Shown here: piece by piece, positions 7,711 through 16,700 of the stretch | Position numbering within the stretch: position 1 is the stretch's first letter | Layout: the number at the start of each line of letters is the position of its first letter | Assembly (NCBI GenBank): GCA_963838115.1 | Contig: CAWIPU010000006.1 | Coordinates: forward strand, 326,622 to 390,621 | Direction: 5' to 3' | Length of the DNA: 64,000 nt | From: an uncultured Chloroflexia bacterium | Lineage (GTDB): Bacteria; Chloroflexota; Limnocylindria; Limnocylindrales; CSP1-4 | The notes under the pieces: generated by a model | What the model was told of the DNA's origin: nothing | Database searches by the model: none | What the model saw: the letters and a program-made list of their open reading frames with translations, nothing else | Made by a program: the position numbers and the translations under genes

Positions 7711-10700
7711 TTACGGAGCAGCGATCTCGTCACCTAGGCCGAGCGCCTCAGCCACCGCGGCCAGTGCGGCATCGTCGCTGGTCAGCAGGACCAGCACCGG
7801 ATTGGACGCACCCGAAGACGCGTCCGCTTCAAGCACGGCGTGCGCGCCTGGCAGGTCCGCGATGACGGCGTTGGCGGCGTCGCCGAACCTACCGACGTTG
7901 CCCGCCTTGTCCCATTTGGTCTGCCAAACGATCGCCCATGATCCGTCGGGGCCATCGAGACTGACGAGTCGATCGCCACCCCAACCGGCAGCGGCCTTGT
8001 CGTCTCCGAGCCAAACCGCGGTCCGGAGCTCACCCATGGTTTGCTGCCACTGTTCGCTCCAGCCCTGGCCGAGCGCGTTGCCGATCCCGTCCAACACAAG
8101 GGACGTGGGCCGGTCGTCGGGATAGCGCTTGGGGTGAAGGATCTGCTCGGTCGTCTCGGGCACCCTGTCCCAAGCGCCGTTCACCGCATCCCAGCCGCCC
8201 TTATTGCGGAGGAAGTCAACGAACGACTGGCCCTCGACGAAGGGGAACGCGTACTCGCGCTGCAGCAGCTGCGGCATGGACCTCAGGATGCCTCCGTCGC
8301 CAGGGACCACCACGCCATCCACCTTGGCCTGATTGCCCGAGTTCACGTTCTGAGCGGACCAAGCGAGCATCGTGGCCGTGCCATCACCTTCTTCGAGCGC
8401 GGAAGCGGCGAGCACGGCATCGGCGTCGGTGGGTTCATCGACGACAGCGGCGTCGGCACCGAACGCCTGGTGTACGGCGGCCTGGCCGAACTCGCGAGCG
8501 GCCTCGGCGCGCTGCGGCAAGTTGAGCTTGTCGATGTCTCGGAGGATGGACTGGCGACCACGAGACTGGAGGTACGTGATCGGGAGATCCTGCCCATAGA
8601 GCTGGTCGAGGAGGGAGGCGAGATCATCATCGTTTCCGAGCAGCCCCATGCGCTTGAGAGCCTGTTCCTCCTGGGTCAGCGTGGATGATGGATAGAGGTT
8701 GTCGGCGGCCTGCCTGAGGAAGTCCGCCTGCTCGGCCGAACTGGCGCCGTCGTATGGGGTATTGCCCAGGTCCAACTGGCGGATCTCGGGCACCGTGAAG
8801 GCAACCGCATCCAACTGGTCGGCCACCTGCGCATTATCTAGGGAACCGCCATCGCCCCGAGGCTCGATCACCGGGCCCAGTGACACGACGTAGTCAACGC
8901 CACTGCCCTTGTCCAGCTCGGTTTCTGCAGGTGGATCCTGGCTGGTGACGATGCCAGCCGCGGCCGAGTCGTTGGCCTCGGCGCGCTCGCCAGGCTTCAA
9001 GCCCGCCGATGTAAGTGCATCGAGTGCATCGGCCTCGGGGAGACCGGTCACGTCGGGCACGCTGACCTGCTTGGGGCCGCGGCTGACGATGAGCGTCACC
9101 TCGGCGCCGACCTCGACGGTCTTGCCCGCGGCCGGTTCGGTCTTGACGGCGTCACCCGCGGCGACCTTGCCGTTGGTGCGTTCGTCGATGCTGACCGCGA
9201 GACCCTGCTCCTTGAGCGCGGCCTCGGCGTCGGCGGCCGACTGGCCGGCCACGTCGGGGATGTCGACCGCGGGCGGGCCGGAGCTGACGGTGAGATCCAC
9301 CGTGCTGCCCTGGTCCACCGAGCCGTCGGCTTCGGGATCCTGGGAGAGGACGGTGCCGGCGGCGGCAGCGGCCTCGGCCTTGCTGGTCTGGCCCGGCTTG
9401 AGCCCGGCGTCCTTGATGGCGGCCTTGGCATCGGCCTCGGGGAGACCGGTCACGTCGGGCACGCTGACCTGCTTGGGGCCGCGGCTGACGATGAGCGTCA
9501 CCTCGGCGCCGACCTCGACGGTCTTGCCCGCGGCCGGTTCGGTCTTGACGGCGTCACCCGCGGCGACCTTGCCGTTGGTGCGTTCGTCGATGCTGACCGC
9601 GAGACCCTGCTCCTTGAGCGCGGCCTCGGCGTCGGCGGCCGACTGGCCGGCCACGTCGGGGATGTCGACCGCGGGCGGGCCGGAGCTGACGGTGAGATCC
9701 ACCGTGCTGCCCTGGTCCACCGAGCCGTCGGCTTCGGGATCCTGGGAGAGGACGGTGCCGGCGGCGGCAGCGGCCTCGGCCTTGCTGGTCTGGCCCGGCT
9801 TGAGCCCGGCGTCCTTGATGGCGGCCTTGGCATCGGCCTCGGGGAGACCGGTCACGTCGGGCACGCTGACCTGCTTGGGGCCGCGGCTGACGATGAGCGT
9901 CACCTCGGCGCCGACCTCGACGGTCTTGCCCGCGGCCGGTTCGGTCTTGACGGCGTCACCCGCGGCGACCTTGCCGTTGGTGCGTTCGTCGATGCTGACC
10001 GCGAGACCCTGCTCCTTGAGCGCGGCCTCGGCGTCGGCGGCCGACTGGCCGGCCACGTCGGGGATGTCGACCGCGGGCGGGCCGGAGCTGACGGTGAGAT
10101 CCACCGTGCTGCCCTGGTCCACCGAGCCGTCGGCTTCGGGATCCTGGGAGAGGACGGTGCCGGCGGCGGCAGCGGCCTCGGCCTTGCTGGTCTGGCCCGG
10201 CTTGAGCCCGGCGTCCTTGATGGCGGCCTTGGCATCGGCCTCGGGGAGACCGGTCACGTCGGGCACGCTGACCTGCTTGGGGCCGCGGCTGACGATGAGC
10301 GTCACCTCGGCGCCGACCTCGACGGTCTTGCCCGCGGCCGGTTCGGTCTTGACGGCGTCACCCGCGGCGACCTTGCCGTTGGTGCGTTCGTCGATGCTGA
10401 CCGCGAGACCCTGCTCCTTGAGCGCGGCCTCGGCGTCGGCGGCCGACTGGCCGGCCACGTCGGGGATGTCGACCGCGGGCGGGCCGGAGCTGACGGTGAG
10501 ATCCACCGTGCTGCCCTGGTCCACCGAGCCGTCGGCTTCGGGATCCTGGGAGAGGACGGTGCCGGCGGCGGCAGCGGCCTCGGCCTTGCTGGTCTGGCCC
10601 GGCTTGAGCCCGGCGTCCTTGATGGCGGCCTTGGCATCGGCCTCGGGGAGACCGGTCACGTCGGGCACGCTGACCTGCTTGGGGCCGCGGCTGACGATGA

Positions 10701-13700
10701 GCGTCACCTCGGCGCCGACCTCGACGGTCTTGCCCGCGGCCGGTTCGGTCTTGACGGCGTCACCCGCGGCGACCTTGCCGTTGGTGCGTTCGTCGATGCT
10801 GACCGCGAGACCCTGCTCCTTGAGCGCGGCCTCGGCGTCGGCGGCCGACTGGCCGGCCACGTCGGGGATGTCGACCGCGGGCGGGCCGGAGCTGACGGTG
10901 AGATCCACCGTGCTGCCCTGGTCCACCGAGCCGTCGGCTTCGGGATCCTGGGAGAGGACGGTGCCGGCGGCGGCAGCGGCCTCGGCCTTGCTGGTCTGGC
11001 CCGGCTTGAGCCCGGCGTCCTTGATGGCGGCCTTGGCATCGGCCTCGGGGAGACCGGTCACGTCGGGCACGCTGACCTGCTTGGGGCCGCGGCTGACGAT
11101 GAGCGTCACCTCGGCGCCGACCTCGACGGTCTTGCCCGCGGCCGGTTCGGTCTTGACGGCGTCACCCGCGGCGACCTTGCCGTTGGTGCGTTCGTCGATG
11201 CTGACCGCGAGACCCTGCTCCTTGAGCGCGGCCTCGGCGTCGGCGGCCGACTGGCCGGCCACGTCGGGGATGTCGACCGCGGGCGGGCCGGAGCTGACGG
11301 TGAGATCCACCGTGCTGCCCTGGTCCACCGAGCCGTCGGCTTCGGGATCCTGGGAGAGGACGGTGCCGGCGGCGGCAGCGGCCTCGGCCTTGCTGGTCTG
11401 GCCCGGCTTGAGCCCGGCGTCCTTGATGGCGGCCTTGGCATCGGCCTCGGGGAGACCGGTCACGTCGGGCACGCTGACCTGCTTGGGGCCGCGGCTGACG
11501 ATGAGCGTCACCTCGGCGCCGACCTCGACGGTCTTGCCCGCGGCCGGTTCGGTCTTGACGGCGTCACCCGCGGCGACCTTGCCGTTGGTGCGTTCGTCGA
11601 TGCTGACCGCGAGACCCTGCTCCTTGAGCGCGGCCTCGGCGTCGGCGGCCGACTGGCCGGCCACGTCGGGGATGGTGCGCATGTTCGAACCTGTCGATAG
11701 GATCAGCCTCAAGGAGGAGTCAAGTGGAACCACAGAGCCCGCAGCGGGTTCGGTCTTGACGGCCTTACCCGCGTCGATCTTCTCCTGCGACTGTTCGACG
11801 GTTTCGCCGACGGTCAAGCCCGCGGACTCGATAGCTGCGACTGCGTCGGCTTGGGATAGATCACGGACATCAGGAACATCGACGTTGGGCGTGACGCCGT
11901 CGCTCCTGACATAGGCGACCGCGGAGCCCCGGGGCACCTCGGTGCCGGCGGCGGGATCGGAGCTGATGACATCGCCCGCGGGGACGCTGTCGCTGTAGGC
12001 GCTCGTGACCTCACCGACGCTGAGCCCGGCGTCGCTGAGCGTCTGCTCGGCGTCGGCGGCGGGACCCGCGAGGTCGGGCACGGCCACGGTGGGCACGGGC
12101 ACGGCCACCTGCAGGCTCACCGTGGAGCCCACGGGCAGCTCGGTGTCGGGGGCGGGGTCCTGGTCGAGGATGGTGTCGGGGGCGGCCGCGTCGGTCTCGC
12201 GGGACTGGGTCTCGAGGCCGAGACCGGCGGAATCGGCGGCGTCCTGCGCCGCGGCCAGGGTCAGGCCCACGAAGTCGGGGGTGGCCACGGTCTCCACGCC
12301 GTCGCTCCTGACATAGGCGACCGCGGAGCCCCGGGGCACCTCGGTGCCGGCGGCGGGATCGGAGCTGATGACATCGCCCGCGGGGACGCTGTCGCTGTAG
12401 GCGCTCGTGACCTCACCGACGCTGAGCCCGGCGTCGCTGAGCGTCTGCTCGGCGTCGGCGGCGGGACCCGCGAGGTCGGGCACGGCCACGGTGGGCACGG
12501 GCACGGCCACCTGCAGGCTCACCGTGGAGCCCACGGGCAGCTCGGTGTCGGGGGCGGGGTCCTGGTCGAGGATGGTGTCGGGGGCGGCCGCGTCGGTCTC
12601 GCGGGACTGGGTCTCGAGGCCGAGACCGGCGGAATTGGCGGCGTCCTGCGCCGCGGCCAGGGTCAGGCCCACGAAGTCGGGGGTGGCCACGGTCTCCACG
12701 CCGTCGCTCCTGACATAGGCGACCGCGGAGCCCCGGGGCACCTCGGTGCCGGCGGCGGGATCGGAGCTGATGACATCGCCCGCGGGGACGCTGTCGCTGT
12801 AGGCGCTCGTGACCTCACCGACGCTGAGCCCGGCGTCGCTGAGCGTCTGCTCGGCGTCGGCGGCGGGACCCGCGAGGTCGGGCACGGCCACGGTGGGCAC
12901 GGGCACGGCCACCTGCAGGCTCACCGTGGAGCCCACGGGCAGCTCGGTGTCGGGGGCGGGGTCCTGGTCGAGGATGGTGTCGGGGGCGGCCGCGTCGGTC
13001 TCGCGGGACTGGGTCTCGAGGCCGAGACCGGCGGAATCGGCGGCGTCCTGCGCCGCGGCCAGGGTCAGGCCCACGAAGTCGGGGGTGGCCACGGTCTCCA
13101 CGCCGTCGCTCCTGACATAGGCGACCGCGGAGCCCCGGGGCACCTCGGTGCCGGCGGCGGGATCGGAGCTGATGACATCGCCCGCGGGGACGCTGTCGCT
13201 GTAGGCGCTCGTGACCTCACCGACGCTGAGCCCGGCGTCGCTGAGCGTCTGCTCGGCGTCGGCGGCGGGACCCGCGAGGTCGGGCACGGCCACGGTGGGC
13301 ACGGGCACGGCCACCTGCAGGCTCACCGTGGAGCCCACGGGCAGCTCGGTGTCGGGGGCGGGGTCCTGGTCGAGGATGGTGTCGGGGGCGGCCGCGTCGG
13401 TCTCGCGGGACTGGGTCTCGAGGCCGAGACCGGCGGAATCGGCGGCGTCCTGCGCCGCGGCCAGGGTCAGGCCCACGAAGTCGGGGGTGGCCACGGTCTC
13501 CACGCCGTCGCTCCTGACATAGGCGACCGCGGAGCCCCGGGGCACCTCGGTGCCGGCGGCGGGATCGGAGCTGATGACATCGCCCGCGGGGACGCTGTCG
13601 CTGTAGGCGCTCGTGACCTCACCGACGCTGAGCCCGGCGTCGCTGAGCGTCTGCTCGGCGTCGGCGGCGGGACCCGCGAGGTCGGGCACGGCCACGGTGG

Positions 13701-16700
13701 GCACGGGCACGGCCACCTGCAGGCTCACCGTGGAGCCCACGGGCAGCTCGGTGTCGGGGGCGGGGTCCTGGTCGAGGATGGTGTCGGGGGCGGCCGCGTC
13801 GGTCTCGCGGGACTGGGTCTCGAGGCCGAGACCGGCGGAATTGGCGGCGTCCTGCGCCGCGGCCAGGGTCAGGCCCACGAAGTCGGGGGTGGCCACGGTC
13901 TCCACGCCGTCGCTCCTGACATAGGCGACCGCGGAGCCCCGGGGCACCTCGGTGCCGGCGGCGGGATCGGAGCTGATGACATCGCCCGCGGGGACGCTGT
14001 CGCTGTAGGCGCTCGTGACCTCACCGACGCTGAGCCCGGCGTCGCTGAGCGTCTGCTCGGCGTCGGCGGCGGGACCCGCGAGGTCGGGCACGGCCACGGT
14101 GGGCACGGGCACGGCCACCTGCAGGCTCACCGTGGAGCCCACGGGCAGCTCGGTGTCGGGGGCGGGGTCCTGGTCGAGGATGGTGTCGGGGGCGGCCGCG
14201 TCGGTCTCGCGGGACTGGGTCTCGAGGCCGAGACCGGCGGAATTGGCGGCGTCCTGCGCCGCGGCCAGGGTCAGGCCCACGAAGTCGGGGGTGGCCACGG
14301 TCTCCACGCCGTCGCTCCTGACATAGGCGACCGCGGAGCCCCGGGGCACCTCGGTGCCGGCGGCGGGATCGGAGCTGATGACATCGCCCGCGGGGACGCT
14401 GTCGCTGTAGGCGCTCGTGACCTCACCGACGCTGAGCCCGGCGTCGCTGAGCGTCTGCTCGGCGTCGGCGGCGGGACCCGCGAGGTCGGGCACGGCCACG
14501 GTGGGCACGGGCACGGCCACCTGCAGGCTCACCGTGGAGCCCACGGGCAGCTCGGTGTCGGGGGCGGGGTCCTGGTCGAGGATGGTGTCGGGGGCGGCCG
14601 CGTCGGTCTCGCGGGACTGGGTCTCGAGGCCGAGACCGGCGGAATTGGCGGCGTCCTGCGCCGCGGCCAGGGTCAGGCCCACGAAGTCGGGGGTGGCCAC
14701 GGTCTCCACGCCGTCGCTCCTGACATAGGCGACCGCGGAGCCCCGGGGCACCTCGGTGCCGGCGGCGGGATCGGAGCTGATGACATCGCCCGCGGGGACG
14801 CTGTCGCTGTAGGCGCTCGTGACCTCACCGACGCTGAGCCCGGCGTCGCTGAGCGTCTGCTCGGCGTCGGCGGCGGGACCCGCGAGGTCGGGCACGGCCA
14901 CGGTGGGCACGGGCACGGCCACCTGCAGGCTCACCGTGGAGCCCACGGGCAGCTCGGTGTCGGGGGCGGGGTCCTGGTCGAGGATGGTGTCGGGGGCGGC
15001 CGCGTCGGTCTCGCGGGACTGGGTCTCGAGGCCGAGACCGGCGGAATCGGCGGCGTCCTGCGCCGCGGCCAGGGTCAGGCCCACGAAGTCGGGGGTGGCC
15101 ACGGTCTCCACGCCGTCGCTCCTGACATAGGCGACCGCGGAGCCCCGGGGCACCTCGGTGCCGGCGGCGGGATCGGAGCTGATGACATCGCCCGCGGGGA
15201 CGCTGTCGCTGTAGGCGCTCGTGACCTCACCGACGCTGAGCCCGGCGTCGCTGAGCGTCTGCTCGGCGTCGGCGGCGGGACCCGCGAGGTCGGGCACGGC
15301 CACGGTGGGCACGGGCACGGCCACCTGCAGGCTCACCGTGGAGCCCACGGGCAGCTCGGTGTCGGGGGCGGGGTCCTGGTCGAGGATGGTGTCGGGGGCG
15401 GCCGCGTCGGTCTCGCGGGACTGGGTCTCGAGGCCGAGACCGGCGGAATCGGCGGCGTCCTGCGCCGCGGCCAGGGTCAGGCCCACGAAGTCGGGGGTGG
15501 CCACGGTCTCCACGCCGTCGCTCCTGACATAGGCGACCGCGGAGCCCCGGGGCACCTCGGTGCCGGCGGCGGGATCGGAGCTGATGACATCGCCCGCGGG
15601 GACGCTGTCGCTGTAGGCGCTCGTGACCTCACCGACGCTGAGCCCGGCGTCGCTGAGCGTCTGCTCGGCGTCGGCGGCGGGACCCGCGAGGTCGGGCACG
15701 GCCACGGTGGGCACGGGCACGGCCACCTGCAGGCTCACCGTGGAGCCCACGGGCAGCTCGGTGTCGGGGGCGGGGTCCTGGTCGAGGATGGTGTCGGGGG
15801 CGGCCGCGTCGGTCTCGCGGGACTGGGTCTCGAGGCCGAGACCGGCGGAATTGGCGGCGTCCTGCGCCGCGGCCAGGGTCAGGCCCACGAAGTCGGGGGT
15901 GGCCACGGTCTCCACGCCGTCGCTCCTGACATAGGCGACCGCGGAGCCCCGGGGCACCTCGGTGCCGGCGGCGGGATCGGAGCTGATGACATCGCCCGCG
16001 GGGACGCTGTCGCTGTAGGCGCTCGTGACCTCACCGACGCTGAGCCCGGCGTCGCTGAGCGTCTGCTCGGCGTCGGCGGCGGGACCCGCGAGGTCGGGCA
16101 CGGCCACGGTGGGCACGGGCACGGCCACCTGCAGGCTCACCGTGGAGCCCACGGGCAGCTCGGTGTCGGGGGCGGGGTCCTGGTCGAGGATGGTGTCGGG
16201 GGCGGCCGCGTCGGTCTCGCGGGACTGGGTCTCGAGGCCGAGACCGGCGGAATCGGCGGCGTCCTGCGCCGCGGCCAGGGTCAGGCCCACGAAGTCGGGG
16301 GTGGCCACGGTCTCCACGCCGTCGCTCCTGACATAGGCGACCGCGGAGCCCCGGGGCACCTCGGTGCCGGCGGCGGGATCGGAGCTGATGACATCGCCCG
16401 CGGGGACGCTGTCGCTGTAGGCGCTCGTGACCTCACCGACGCTGAGCCCGGCGTCGCTGAGCGTCTGCTCGGCGTCGGCGGCGGGACCCGCGAGGTCGGG
16501 CACGGCCACGGTGGGCACGGGCACGGCCACCTGCAGGCTCACCGTGGAGCCCACGGGCAGCTCGGTGTCGGGGGCGGGGTCCTGGTCGAGGATGGTGTCG
16601 GGGGCGGCCGCGTCGGTCTCGCGGGACTGGGTCTCGAGGCCGAGACCGGCGGAATCGGCGGCGTCCTGCGCCGCGGCCAGGGTCAGGCCCACGAAGTCGG